64,000 bases of DNA from Camelus dromedarius (Eukaryota), in contig NC_087438.1 of the NCBI RefSeq assembly GCF_036321535.1, positions 37,758,001-37,822,000 on the forward strand. Direction: 5' to 3'. A program made the translations under genes and the position numbers. A model generated the notes under the pieces. That model was not told the origin of the DNA and did no database searches. It worked only from the letters and a program-made list of their open reading frames with translations. Position 1 is the stretch's first letter. The number at the start of each line of letters is the position of its first letter. Positions 12,741-25,399 of this stretch are shown piece after piece.

Positions 12741-13914
12741 ATAGATCAGTGAGAAAAAAGTACTCAAAGGGCAACAACTCTCTAGATGCAAATGGAGGCC
12801 AAGTGATTTGCTTTGCCTTTGTGGTGGTTGTATTGATGGAATCTGTTCAAATCAGTTGAATTCAAGGCAGTGTGTATTTACTTCAGAGTATGGGTATTTC
12901 TACAGGTATCTTTGAAATGTCACTTATTTTTCACTCATATGGTATAGTGATGTTACTCTTATTTAGCTGAGGAAATCTGATACAAAATAAATAATGTACA
13001 GGGTAGGTTTGGGTAGACTGAGTACTCAGTCCAGTAAAGCAAGGGTATTGCTTTTATATATGTGTATCAATGGAAGCACATTTTTTAGTGCTTACTGGGA
13101 CACTGCATGGGTTTCAGGCTCTGTAGCCATGAGGGATTTGGAAATCAGTCCCCAGAACAGAAGTTCTCAGCATCGGTGTGTCATAGTCAGCTCTGAGGTA
13201 ATGTCACCAAAAATAGTGCTAATGTGTTCAGAGCTCTTAGACCTTTAATCGTGATTTGGGTGCGGGGGTGAAAGGAGGCAGTTGGGTGGAATGGGAATTT
13301 GAATGAAAACAAACCATTAGCACTTTACCTCTGGGCCTGATGATAGGTCAAGGACGTTACACCTTTCAGACAGATTATCAGTTGTAGGCTTAAACAAGAG
13401 CCCTTTAGATGAAAGAGGGTGCGGAGCGAGGGGCTGCTAGCAGGCACTGTTTCCTTGTTTAGATTGTATTTGATGAAAATCTTTACTTTGAAGTTGCTGT
13501 ATTAGTAGGAATTTCACTTCCAAATGTTTACATTCTGATTATTATCAAAGCAAATCTCATAATTTTGCTATAGAGTCACCAAATTTCTACTCATTTTAGG
13601 GGACAAAAAAAGATAGACCAGCCCACTTCTTGCACTAAAAAGGAAACACCTGTTTCTAAAAGATGCTGAGTTTTAGACTTTGTAGCATTTATATCAAGGG
13701 AGAAAGAAGACTGGATGTAGGTTTCTTGACACATTTCTTCCCAAAGGGGCTAGCACAGACTGGTCCCAGCTTGGTGCTTTCATGTCAGCATTTGTAACTC
13801 TGGCTTTAGTTAGCTTCATATACAATAATACCATTTAGGGTAAAACAGACTGTCATAGTAACATATTCCTGTAATAATTAAGGAGCAGTTGAGTAGAATG
13901 TGTTCATTAAGTAG

Positions 13915-14290
13915 AATGAACACCAGGCTGAGAGTTTGGAAATCTGAATTCTTCAGTAAGGAGCAGCCACTAAATAACTAGAGATTTTGGATGAGCTACG
14001 GTAGGTCTTAAGTATTTCAACTCAAAAATGGGAAGAATGGACTAGATCAGTTGATATCAAGCTGTGTCCTTCAGAAACCTTAGGGCTCCCTGGTAATCCT
14101 CAAAGACCACTCGGTAGGGAACAGAGAAAATGCTTAGGTGGGGCTCCATATTTCTACTTCCACTGAACTTCCACTTTGATCTCCTTTATATATTGGACTT
14201 TCTTAGAACATTTTCTTTGGAGAAATGGTTCCTTTGTTAATTTCTTTCTGAGCAATGGATTAGATGACCTCCAATGGTCTTGGCTGCACT
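13915..14290 (+). mobile_element. MIR3/MIRc split by a hAT MITE
   Basis: AAAATGGGAAGAATGGACTAGAT ...[insert]... GATTAGATGACCTCCAA; the MIR tail resumes after the insert. Confidence 0.6.
14048..14257. mobile_element. hAT-Charlie MITE (MER103C-like) with 8-bp TSD
   Basis: CAGTTGATATCAAGCTGTGTCCTTCAGAAACCTTAGGG...CCACTTTGATCTCCTTTATATATTGG...GCAATG; TSD GACTAGAT (14040-14047) / GATTAGAT (14258-14265). Confidence 0.75.
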
Positions 14291-14609
14291 AATATTCAAC
14301 TACTCTGTTCTGACTAATAGAACTTCCATAAATTCACATATTAAATACCTTAGAAATTTAGCTTCAGATGTTTCCAGAATAAGTCAGACTTTAAAAAAAT
14401 TGCCAAGAAAGACCATTTTAAATTATGCCATAAATGCCCCAATCTGGAGTTTATCTTAAAAATAAGAATAAAAATGTTTTGCTTATTTTAGAACATATCA
14501 TGAATATTCATCTGAAAATACATGTTATCCTTAGAATAGAGCACCAAAAAGCACAAGAAGTACCTTCTCCTTATTCTGAAAATAATTTACTAAAGGCTAA
14601 TTGAATACT

Positions 14610-14740
14610 TTTTTTCAACCAACATTTTAAAATATCTAGTATGTACTAGCCAGGTAACGTTAGGCTTTGAAACTAAAAGAACCAAACATGTCCCTGACCT
14701 TGAAGAATGTAGTTTAGTGGGGAAGACACACACACAGGGA
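14610..14740 (-). mobile_element. L2 3' end fragment
   Basis: CAACCAACATTTT...CATGTCCCTGACCTTGAAGAATGTAGTTTAGTGGGGAAGACAC. Confidence 0.6.
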
Positions 14741-14809
14741 CATTTAATTGTAAGGTCATGTGGTATATGCAGGGATAGAAGTATATGATATATATTTGAA
14801 AATTGATAG

Positions 14810-15057
14810 TAAAAGCATGGCAATTAAAAGCATAGGGTTTGTGTTCAAATTCTAGTTCCATTGTTTAGTAGTATTTTGGCTTCTAGTTTTATGACTTACT
14901 TGAATTACGGCTTTATTGTCTTCATTTGATAAATGAAACTAGGAAAAGTAGCCATCTCTTAGGAATTTTTTGTGCCAATTAAATGTTGCAATCAATATTA
15001 AACACCTGGCACACCATCTGCGTTTACTACTACTTAAATGGTAGCTGTTATTATTAT
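14810..15057 (+). mobile_element. MIR SINE
   Basis: GTGTTCAAATTCTAGTTCCA...CTTCATTTGATAAATG...AAACACCTGGCACA...AAATGGTAGCTGTTATTATT. Confidence 0.7.
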
Positions 15058-15303
15058 ATTGCTTGGTAGATCTTTTTTTAATCTCTTTTTGGTACCTACT
15101 AAGTGTTTGAGACAATATGTCAGTGGGTCCACTCAATGAGATTCTTCTCTCAGGGTTCATATAAGCAACAATACAATTGCCTGATAGTATAAAATTGGCA
15201 CTTTGCACGGGTAGCTGACACATTGGAAATACTAATATCCATTCACTAAATGAATGAATAAATTTATACTACAAGAATGGTTACCTATGAATGCAGAGAT
15301 GTA

Positions 15304-15460
15304 TACCATGTTTCCTCACTTCTAAGATATAATTTTTCACATTGTAATTAATATCTCTGAAATTAGGATGAGTCTTAAATTGATAATATTAGCGGTGTTT
15401 TTCTTTCATATAAAATTAATGATACATCTTAGAATATTTTTTATACTCAATGAAATACAC
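15304..15460. mobile_element. TcMar-Tigger-type MITE
   Basis: TACCATGTTTCCTCACTTCTAAGAT...TCTCTGAAATTAGGATGAGTCTTA...CAATGAAATAC; subfamily not assigned. Confidence 0.55.
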
Positions 15461-16665
15461 TTCATATCTCTACTTTACCTATATATTGTGTACTCTTGGT
15501 AAGTAGGCCTGTCCCTTCATTACATTAAGAGGTACTATATTCATTTCTCATAATTCATAATTTGAAATAGAACATTTTCATTAGCTTTTCTTTTAATGGC
15601 TTTAAGTATGTGTTCTCCCTACTACCAGTCATTTATGTGATGGATGTGGGCCTAGAACTTTCTCCGCTGATAAACTCTCTGCAAAATTGTCAACTGCAAT
15701 TGCATACTGACATAGGAAGGACAAGTTAGTCTTTACTGGCATAGGATAGGATGTGAGCGTTCACGAACCATCTGAATTTTAGCTGACTGAGCTATATCTC
15801 CAGAAAATCTCCCCACTACTCAGTGGTCACTTCCTGTGTCACTCTACTAAGGTTCCATCCCCTCAACTGCATCTACAGTTTAACTTCTTAGCTTTTGACA
15901 CCCAATTCTGTGTGGGCTCCGTTATCTGCCTCTGTGTTCATTATTTAAGTGTTGCTCTTGGAGCGGGTGGTAGTATGCTATCTGAATTGTCATGGCAACC
16001 TGAAACTCATTTTTCTAATCTTGTCGTTGGCTATTAATTGTTACTTTATAAATCCATATGTAAAAAGGCTTTACATGCCAGAGCAAATCAGTCTTGTATG
16101 GATTGCTTTTTTTTTCCAAAATATTTTAGGATCAGATTCCAAACTAATTTCTTCACTGATTAGTGTGTCATTAGTCTAAAGACAATGGCTGCTTAGTGAG
16201 GTTGGGGACAGTAATATGTCAATTCAAAACCCAGAGTTCCTGGCCATTTGTCTATTTTATTTTCCCCTTTTTACTTTTCTGTGATAATTAAATGCAATTC
16301 CAGAGAATTTATAAAAGTGTAATATTCATATCCTAGATGCAATACTTTAATATATCAGCCTGGGGAAGTTCATTGGCTTATTCTTTGTAGATTGAAATGA
16401 GTCCTTTTGATTTTGTTCAGAATTGTCTAGCTTCCCCTGTCATTCGTATTAACAATACCTTAAAAGAGGTACTAAGTACTATCTCTTTTCCTTTAATTCC
16501 TGAAATCCATAGCAGCAGAGGCGATGGAAGAACATGACTGAATACCTTCATAGACTCTAAGTTGAAAGTAGAAATGTTTGTGATTTCATAAAGAATTTAA
16601 TCTATAGTGGTTCATAATATTGAAATGGTTGTTTTTAAATTATTGCCTTTGCATTTGATGGTACT

Positions 16666-16667
<2 letters not shown>

Positions 16668-16750
<83 letters not shown>
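16668..16750. repeat. Perfect (AT)41 microsatellite
   Basis: 83 uninterrupted alternating A/T bases. Confidence 0.97.
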
Positions 16751-16754
<4 letters not shown>

Positions 16755-17176
16755 GTGATCATTGATTGTTTACTTTGATCTGATTCATGATGACCTCATA
16801 GGATATCAGAATTGATGATGGACATGCTCATCTGGGATTTCCATTGCATCCCAGCAGGCTCTTAAAATGTAGGGAACAATATTAGGATTTTTGTACTGGT
16901 TGCTCAGTGGATGAGACTGTATGGAGATACTTTGTACCATGTGTTATGTACTTTGGAATGTGAGTTCTATAAATATTTTATGAGCCATCAACTTACTGAG
17001 CAATATCCTAGCTAATTTTTTTTATGGAGAACATAGCATCTTCTTTAGTTTTTAAAAATTATTCTTTATGCCATATGTTTTGCTTTTCATTTTGAAGGTT
17101 CTCTGGATAATTCAGGCAAAAAAGGAGTATGGCTTAAAAATACCTGAATTAGCTGCTAGGCTTGAATTCTGTAAGC

Positions 17177-17326
17177 TTGTGGTGCTCAAACAGGGGTACA
17201 CATCAGAGAAAACCTGAAGAGATTTATAAATAAGATAGTTTAAAGACTCTCAGACCTCCTGATTCAGAAGCCTCCAGAGAGGACCCTGGATGTGTCTTTT
17301 TAAATAGATTTCAGGTGCCTCTAGCC
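17177..17326. mobile_element. MER5A-like hAT MITE
   Basis: GTGGTGCTCAAAC...CATCAGA...CTCAGACCTCCTGATTCAGAA...CAGGTG. Confidence 0.6.
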
Positions 17327-19359
17327 CCTTCATTCTGGCTAAGAACCACAGACCTGCTAAATACTCTGTTGCTGATTTATATGGTACAAATCTTATAATT
17401 TGTATCTCTTGATTTAGCATTTTTGAGAAATCCTTACACATGGAATCTTTCTAAATTTCTGCTTTGAAAGCCAACTTTTGATTATATTCATACACCTTCT
17501 CTTACATTCGTGTTACATGTAGCAAACAAAGTACCTTCATTTCATCCTTACCACCATCTTGTGAGATAGGCCATGACCAAGGTGCATGAATGTGCAATTT
17601 GGCTCACAGCACATAAACCCCTGGTTGAGGAAACTGTGGGGCCTCAAACCTGGTCCACACAATGAGAACTAAACTGTGAGCCTGCACCAGGCTGGATTAG
17701 CGCAGAGGGGATGTCTTCTTCTAATTCTCACAAAGGCGTGCCATGGGCCTGCAGCAACTCTGAGGTAAGCAAACAAGAGCTTCTTTTCCCCATTTAAGAC
17801 ATGAAGAGCTTGAGAGACTTAGAGAGGATCATCAGCTCTTCCAAGGTTTCACAGGTAATGAGTGACCAGCTCAGACAATGTTACTTAGCTTAATCAAGTA
17901 CTTTTTTATTGTACTGGAAATTATTTTTGTAAATTATTTGAGATACACATGTAATTCCATCAGAATAATTTACAAATGGTCTGGTTGTTCATTAAAACTG
18001 GTTCCTGCCCATATTAACACATAAAATGAATTTCTTCTTCTTTTCTGGGGCAATTTAGTTAACTTTGGTTGTGACTTGTATTTGAAAATGTATAGTCATT
18101 GAAACAAAACAAAACAGCCATCTGATAACCTTGAAATTCCAGGCTATGCTAAACATCTTAATTATAAAAATGGGAACATTATTAAAACTTCTAGTAGTGT
18201 TCATACAGAGGATGACGTGTATAAGATCATCCTTCATGGTATGCTTTTCCTGTGACAGACTGAAAATAGTCGTAGGCTGGAGATGAGAAAACAGCTTCTA
18301 GTCCTGATATTCTCCCTGACTTCATGCATGCATAGCCCAATTTATGATGAAACAATAATCCTCTGGCTTTTTTTTTTTTTTTTTTTGCTAGAAATTAGTC
18401 CTGCACAAATGTGTTCCTTGGCTAGTCTGCGTGGTTCCAAGTTCAGGCCTTTGTGTTTTTCTGGCCATGTCCCCGTGCCCTCACCAGCTGCCACTGTGCC
18501 CCAGATCTCACCAGATTACTCTCAGTGGGACACAACTCTTCTCTCTTGACCCTTGCTGCTGCCAGCATCACTTTTGCCTTGTATTTCCCAAGCCTGGATA
18601 TAAAACCTTCCTCTCAACTCTTCATGTATGACAGAGATCAGGCCGTAAGTGTGGTGTGTCTTCATTAAAGGCTTGCAGTAGTGGATAGAAAGTTCAACAC
18701 CAAGAATAACTCATGATGCTCTCTTTCTGGGCTGGTTCCCTGTGTTACTACCAGCCTGTCTCCCTGTTCCAGGCATGGCTCACTCAAAAAGACATAGAGT
18801 CCAAGCATAATTGACTCTCAGCTACAGAAAGAGAAGGAGGACTTTTATTCCTCATCTCATTTTAAAACCTGCCTCCATAGTCTTCAGTTTCTGTTCTAGG
18901 TTCCTATTTTTTAGGATTATTAAGAGTGGCAGCATCTGTTCAATTTAGGAGAAACCTCCCTTCTTCCTAGAAGGATGTGGTATCTCCCTATGGACCCTAC
19001 AAGACAGTCAGTTCAGAGTCATTAGTCAAGTCAGACAATTAATCAGGAAATTAATCGAGGTCTAAATTATTCCACCTTTAATGCTAGTCCATGTGGGACA
19101 CTGATTCTCTGTCAGTGTGTAGTTAAGTTCTGTCTTATTCTCTCCTCTGAAGATTTCAAATAATCTTGGGTCCAGGGTTGAAGGTCACTTGTTATACCTC
19201 TCTGTTCTAATATGTTCGTTTTCTAATATGTCAAATGGACAAGGAAAAATCCTTTATACGGTTTTTAAAGGATCATATATAGTGCATGAAATCATGCTAT
19301 TTAAGTGGTAGATTTTATAAAATACGAAGTTTTAAGTTTTGTATGTATTTATGTATTAG

Positions 19360-19565
19360 TTTTCATTTAACAACTACTAATTGCCATGTACCATGCACTG
19401 TTGTAAATGCATTTAAACATGACACATTTCAAGACATCCCTTTGAAGTACTATGATTATCTTAATTTTCTCTTTAAGACTCAGAGAGGTTAAGTAGTCTG
19501 CCCAAGGTCACACAGCTAGCAGTGGAGGAATCAGTCTGGTTCTAGAATCCACGTTCTTAGCCATC
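19360..19565 (-). mobile_element. MIR SINE
   Basis: ACTCAGAGAGGTTAAGTAGTCTGCCCAAGGTCACACAGCTAG. Confidence 0.85.
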
Positions 19566-19832
19566 TTGCGTAGCTTAGAATTACACGGACTTTGCCATCC
19601 TGAAGATGTGACCAGAATAAGCAAAAAAAAAAAAAAAAAAAAATTGCCTGCAATATGAAGGAATCCTTAAGTTAGGATTTTAATGGAAAAAATTAGCCAA
19701 ATATATAAATCATCAAGAAAATAAAGATCTGTGTTCTTTCAGATGCCAGTTTTGTGCAGCTCGTTATTGAATTTGTATGTGTATCAGTTGTTGATAGAAA
19801 ACAAAAATAAGGCCCCTATCTTTAAAGTAGGG

Positions 19833-19987
19833 CCTTACTACTTAAAGTGTGGTCCAAGGACTAGCAACATCTCTGCATCACTTGAGAGTTTATTGATTTG
19901 AGGATTTTGAGACCTACTGAATCGGGATCTGGATTCTATCAAGAACCTCAGATGATTTCTGTGCATATTAACATTTGAGAAGCTCTG
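19833..19987. mobile_element. MER5A hAT MITE
   Basis: CTACTTAAAGTGTGGTCCAAGGACTAGCAACATC...GACCTACTGAATC...CATTTGAGAAGCTCTG. Confidence 0.8.
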
Positions 19988-20412
19988 GTCTGGAGCAGTA
20001 TATGTTCCAGCATTGACATAAAATTGTAATATGACACAGGTGTAAGCAGTTGTTTGCCAGACGTGTCCAGGAAGGGCATCAATACGTTGGCCTACCTAGA
20101 ATGTACTCGCAGAATGCTTCTCTTCAACCTCGGGAGAACTCTGTGCTAGTGAATGGTATTTACCATTAGGAAACATCCCTCTTTAAAGTTTCTTCCATCT
20201 GCTACAGACCTCCTAGACACGCTCCATTTTCAGGCTCTGAGGTGATGAAGGTGCATGTCATTCTTTCCAGAGCATAACTTGTTTGAACAGAGATGCAGGC
20301 ACGTTAGTGTTATCTGGGTGATGGAGGCTGTCCTGATACATCACTTGTGTCTTTGGTGATTTCTGCTCCTGGTTTATGCTTTGATCCTTATCCTCCAGCA
20401 CAAGGGATTTCT

Positions 20413-20704
20413 TTTTTTTTTTTTTCCTTTTTTTTAATTGAAGTATAGTTGGTTTACAATGTTGTGTTAATTTCTGGTGTAGAGCATAGTGATTCAGTTA
20501 TACATACATAAATATTCCTTTTCATATATTTTTCATTATAGATTATTGTAAGATACTGAATCTAGTTCCCTGTGCTATACAATAGGACCTTGTTGTTTAG
20601 TATTTTATATATAGTAGTTAATATCTACAAATCGCAAACTCCCAATTTATCCCTGCATCCCCCTCTTTACCCTCCGGGAACCATAAGTTTGTTTTGTGTG
20701 TCTG
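20413..20704 (-). mobile_element. 5'-truncated L1 3' end with TSD
   Basis: Poly-T then TTAATTGAAGTATAGTTGGTTTACAATGTTGTGTT; TSD-like GCACAAGGGATTTCT (20398-20412) / GCACAGGGTATTTCT (20705-20719). Confidence 0.9.
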
Positions 20705-22917
20705 GCACAGGGTATTTCTGACTCCTACCTCTCCACATGGCTCCTCTAGTCTGGCCCAGACCTCAGTGTACCGGGATATGGTCTGAACACTCTTAGCAAG
20801 TTTCTCTTGTGCCTTCCTGTCCTGCTTAGACCTCCTGATACCCATCTGAGCACCCCTTCCAGATTCTGAGAATTGCTGTTATCCGTAGCTTTGCCCGATG
20901 GTGGACTCTCTTCTCCATGCTGGAGGTGACTGCTTGTGTGCTGTCTAGGGGACCGCTCTTACACAGAGTTGAACCCAGCTTTGATCTTTCTTTTCCAGGC
21001 TTGCTCGGCCTCGTGTTCCTTCACAACTTTACAGCATCCCTTGCCCTGCACAGAGATCTAGGCCCGTAGGCACTTCTCGTGGATGAGCATGAGAGCACAA
21101 ATGCGCTGCAAAAAAGGTAAGGCTGTGAATGCATTCATCATAGGAGAACTGAATTCTGTTTCAATTTCTGCTGTCAGAACAGCCTATTCTTCTAAATAAA
21201 AACATAAGCCAAACACAGTCTAATTTGGTTTAGTAGAAAAAAATTGAATCTCATGATCAAATCAGATTGGGTATTTTATGACCCAATCAGTTGTGGAAAT
21301 GAAATAATGTGCCTTGAGCTCCTCACTGGATGCTTGGTCTCTGGTCGGTGTGTTAATAAGTGCTAGCTCTCTTTCTTCTGGCAATCAGTTCAAATGAAAT
21401 AGAAAAGGTCTGTTTTGATGCAGTGGGTAAACCTGGCTTTAGTGTCTATATTCTAAGTCTGTCTTACTGGGGGCATATGTTAAGCATCATAAGAAAGGTC
21501 TGAGGCCGTTAAATTCTACTGGACACCATTAGAGCCAGCAGCACATCAGCTAGAGAAGTCGTTATTTTTTTGACAATGGTTTTTCTGTAACCGATAAAAG
21601 CTACAGAACAGTCTTTACAAAACCCAGGGTTTCTGTAGGAGTGTGAGGCCAGCTTGCAAATGAACAGTGTGTGTTCTGTTCGACTTGGTTCAAATCATTG
21701 AGCATCTGGTTTGTGCAGATAATAGAGAGCATTTGTCCAGACACCTGGCATGTGCAAATTGCTTCTCATTTTTATACTTGCAAATTAGGAATCCAAGACC
21801 CCTGCAAGGTTATGAATAAATAACAGGGCTAAGAGCTTACAGACCAAAGTCATTGTTAAAATAAACAGGCTTTAGCTCAAGATTTCACAAGCCAGCCACC
21901 CGGCAAGTAGTGCATTCCCAGCTCTGCACTGTCATCTTTTTGGCTTATGATCATCAGTCATTTCTTTTTCTTTTAAAGGGATGATCCCCATTTCCTCATT
22001 TTGATGGCCTTTGGCAGATGGCTTCCAGAAGAAATATGGTTTAATATAGTGAGCTTGGTTGGTTCGAAGCTGAGGTTAGAGGTCGTTCCTTTTCTATCCC
22101 TGGTAAAGTCTCAGAAGAGTTGACCCTGGACAAAATTATGAGGAAGTATATCCTTCCGTTCCATGAGGTTTCCCCTTTCTCTACCCTGACTTTGCCCTTT
22201 GAAGGATTGCCTCCCACAAGTGTTCTTTTTCTTCTTCCCGCTTCCAAAATCTTGTTTTCAGGAGATATATGCCGAAAAACTCATACTAATGAGCAGACAG
22301 CTGTTAAAATTGTAATATATTCCTTTTACCAAGAGTATTGGTATTTTTAACTGGAGGCAAGAAACCACATGTCAGGGAAAAAAAATCAGGATCTGTTCAT
22401 TGCAAAATGTTAGGCATTAGTGAGCAGGTGGAGAAACTATTTCAGTGGGGGAAGGAGGTTTTGAGTTTCATTAACTCCACACAGGCTACTTGCCCTGCCT
22501 GCACATAAGACAGGCTGTTCTTTGGAGCTGGAAAGTTAGGACTGAAGTTAAAGGGTCGAGGAAAGGAGTGGACATTGTGAGGATCTGTGGAGGACAAGAG
22601 AAAGAAGAGATGTTTGTGTAATGCTAAGCGGTTGAAGTTATCTTTTTTATTAAGAAATTGAGGCTTTAGACTAAGAGATGGAAAATAAGAGTGCTTACAA
22701 TTTCTACTTAATACCATGGAGTGGAGGTTATCCTGAATATCTAATGTGCTTTCAATGTAAACACATACTTTTGAAGAGTGATAATACCTTATGTAAAAGC
22801 TTGAAGTCATTGTTCATTTTGTTAATATTCTTACTTGGCTTCAGATTCTGCTTGCTTAAAGTCATGCACTTTTGCACAGAAAAGAAACCTTATGCAGTGA
22901 AGTTTAATCATATATGG

Positions 22918-23448
22918 TGTGGTAACCAGTCTCCAAGATGGCCTCCAGTAACTCTTGCTTCCTGGTATCCATGCCCTTGTGTAATATTTTTCTACATTGA
23001 ATATTGTGACAGGTAGGATATTATGGAGGTGACACTGACTTCTGCATGGTTAGGTCACAAATCCATGAAAGCTTCTGTCTTGTACTCTCTGCATTACTTG
23101 CTCTGGATGAAGCCAGATGCCCTGGGATAAGAACATACAAGTAGCCCCATGAAAATCCCAGGAGGAGAGGAAGTTAGGTCTCCTGCTATTAACCAGCTCC
23201 AACTTGCCAGCCAAATGAATACCTCCTGTTGCAAGCAGATTCTCCAACCTCAGTTAAGCCTTCAGATTAAAAACTTCTGCCAACATCTTGATTGCATTCT
23301 CAAGAAAGACCCTGAGCCAGAATCACCTAGTTAAGCTATTCCCAAATTCCTGACTCACAAAAGGTTTGAGAGCTAATAATTTTTTCTTGTTATTTTGAGC
23401 CAGTATTTTGAGGGGTAATATGTTATGCAGCAATAGCTAACTAATACA
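22918..23448 (+). mobile_element. MLT1F-like solo LTR, near complete
   Basis: TGTGGTAACCAGTCTCCAAGATGGCC ... TTATGCAGCAATAGCTAACTAATACA; 5-bp TSD TATGG/TATGA. Confidence 0.9.
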
Positions 23449-23867
23449 TATGAATAAGGTAGGGATCTAGGCTGAAAGTTTGGATAGAAAAGTCAAAGAA
23501 TCAAGTCAATAAATCTGATTCAGTGGCCTACCATGTCCCAGCATGATTCTAAATCTAGAATTTAGAAAGCACAATATCCCTATCCTCAGACAACTTATGG
23601 CATGGTTGGATATATGTGCTTCATCCACATCACCAAAGAGAAGAGTGAAGAGAAAGATGTGCCTGTGTTCTGCAGATTTTATATGTTGTAGAAAGGAGAA
23701 GGGTAGTGTAGGGTAGACCAAATAGTTAATGATCTGTAGAGAATGTGGCACAAGAGATATCCACAAAATACTTAGGACCACCTGAATGGATTCAAGAAAA
23801 GTTTTTTTTCTGGTGGGAAGAATGTGATTAGAGGGCATGATAAAAATGAGCAAACTCATTGTGGGAG

Positions 23868-23872
<5 letters not shown>

Positions 23873-23898
<26 letters not shown>
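23873..23898. repeat. (GT)13 microsatellite
   Basis: Read directly from sequence. Confidence 0.95.
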
Positions 23899-24184
23899 AT
23901 GTACACATGTAGAAGGGTCTTAAATGCTAGTTTTTAAAAATATTTTCTGATAGTGGAATATAATCTGAGAAATAGGAAAAATATTAAAAATTCTTAAGTA
24001 TTAGACATCATTTTGGAATCATATTTTAAGAAACCTAATCTGATTTTAGACTGCAGAGTGAATTAGGAGAGTGAAAATCACTGAGAGGATCCCGTGGTAA
24101 TCTAGGTTTGAGGGAGATTTAGTTGGGACATGAGAGTGGGGAGGAAGGGCAAACCTATGAGAAGACAGAAAGGCCAAGTGACTA

Positions 24185-24295
24185 TGTCTCCTCCCTTGGA
24201 CTGTGAGCACCCTGCTGTCAGGAACTGTTATTGTTGCCAAGCACATAACTGACATTAGTAAATGCTCAATGTATATTTATTGAGTGCATGCATGA
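24185..24295 (+). mobile_element. L2 3' end
   Basis: CTTGGACTGTGAGCACCC...TAGTAAATGCTCAATGTATATTTATTGAGTG. Confidence 0.7.
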
Positions 24296-24785
24296 AGCAG
24301 GGCCAGTCCTTGGCAGAGATGTCAGTAAATAGATAGTTAATCAATAATTGGCAAAATTGGGCCTCAGGAAGTGTGGACAACTCCCGTCCAAGCCCATTCT
24401 CCTGTTCATCATTCTCTTGTTCACTGGCCTTCTTTTAGGTGTAGACTAAGAGTGTGTTAACTTGCCACCCCAGGGTCTTTCCTCCTATGCTATTTGCTCT
24501 GCCTGGGCTGACTGCTTCTAGGTCAGTAAGGTAATGACAGATGTAAGGCTCATTTGATTAGTATCTGGCTCTCCTATTACAATGCAAATAAGTTCCAAAA
24601 GGAGAGGGACCTGTCTGCTGGAATCACTGTTATACTGCAAGGTGTTTTATTACATACATGTAAGTGAAGAATGAGATACCACGTTTTTCTCTTCTTCTCC
24701 ATCACATTTCTTACTGTCTAGAATACCCTCATGCTCTCCATTTCTCTTCCTGAACAGCTGTTTATCTCATATCTCATATTCTATC

Positions 24786-25347
24786 TGTGCAGAAAAGAGA
24801 TGACAAAGCGGGCCCAAGACTGCTATCCTTAAAAAGGGCAGCTGGCGTGGTTAGACCTTGGCTGGTGTCAGGAATATGAATTTCTGGTTGGCTCCCACCA
24901 TAACCTCACTGATAGGAGTGGTTTGTTGTACCTAAATTGTTTGTACAAACAATGTTCATATTGGCCACTTGCTTTTTTCTGGGAGTCTGGAATTTTTGTA
25001 CAGGTTAGGCAGAGAGTACCTTTGTGGCCAGATCCCAATAAAAACTCTGGGCACTGAGTCTCTAATGAACTTCCTGATGGACAACATTTCACACACGTTG
25101 TCACAATTCAGTGTTGGAAGAATTAAGCACATTCTGTGTGAGTCTATGTGGAGAAGACTCTTGGAAGCTTGCACCTGGTTTCCTTCATTCTTCTCCTCAT
25201 GTGCCTTTTCCTTTTACTGATTTAGTTCTGTAAATAAAAGAAATAAAATAAAAAGAAATCACAGCTGCAAGTACAACTATCTACTGAGTCCTGTGCATCC
25301 TAACAAATCATAGAAACAGGGAGTGGTCTTGAGGAACCCTGACCGCA
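24786..25347 (+). mobile_element. MER21-family ERVL solo LTR
   Basis: TGTGCAGAAAAGAGATGACAAAGC...GACTGCTATCCTT ... CCCAATAAAAACTCTGGGCACTGAGTCTCTAATGAACTTCCTG ... GGAACCCTGACCGCA. Confidence 0.85.
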
Positions 25348-25399
25348 CCACCATTGGCAAATTCTGTCAGCATTGCTTTGAAGATATACCCTGAATATG

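Noticed and set aside
19623-19643. A21 tract as the tail of a retro-insertion
   Set aside because: No recognisable element upstream, no AATAAA and no convincing TSD; treated as a simple homopolymer
24936-24953. 18-bp perfect palindrome ATTGTTTGTACAAACAAT
   Set aside because: Lies inside the MER21 LTR and, from recall, is largely part of that consensus
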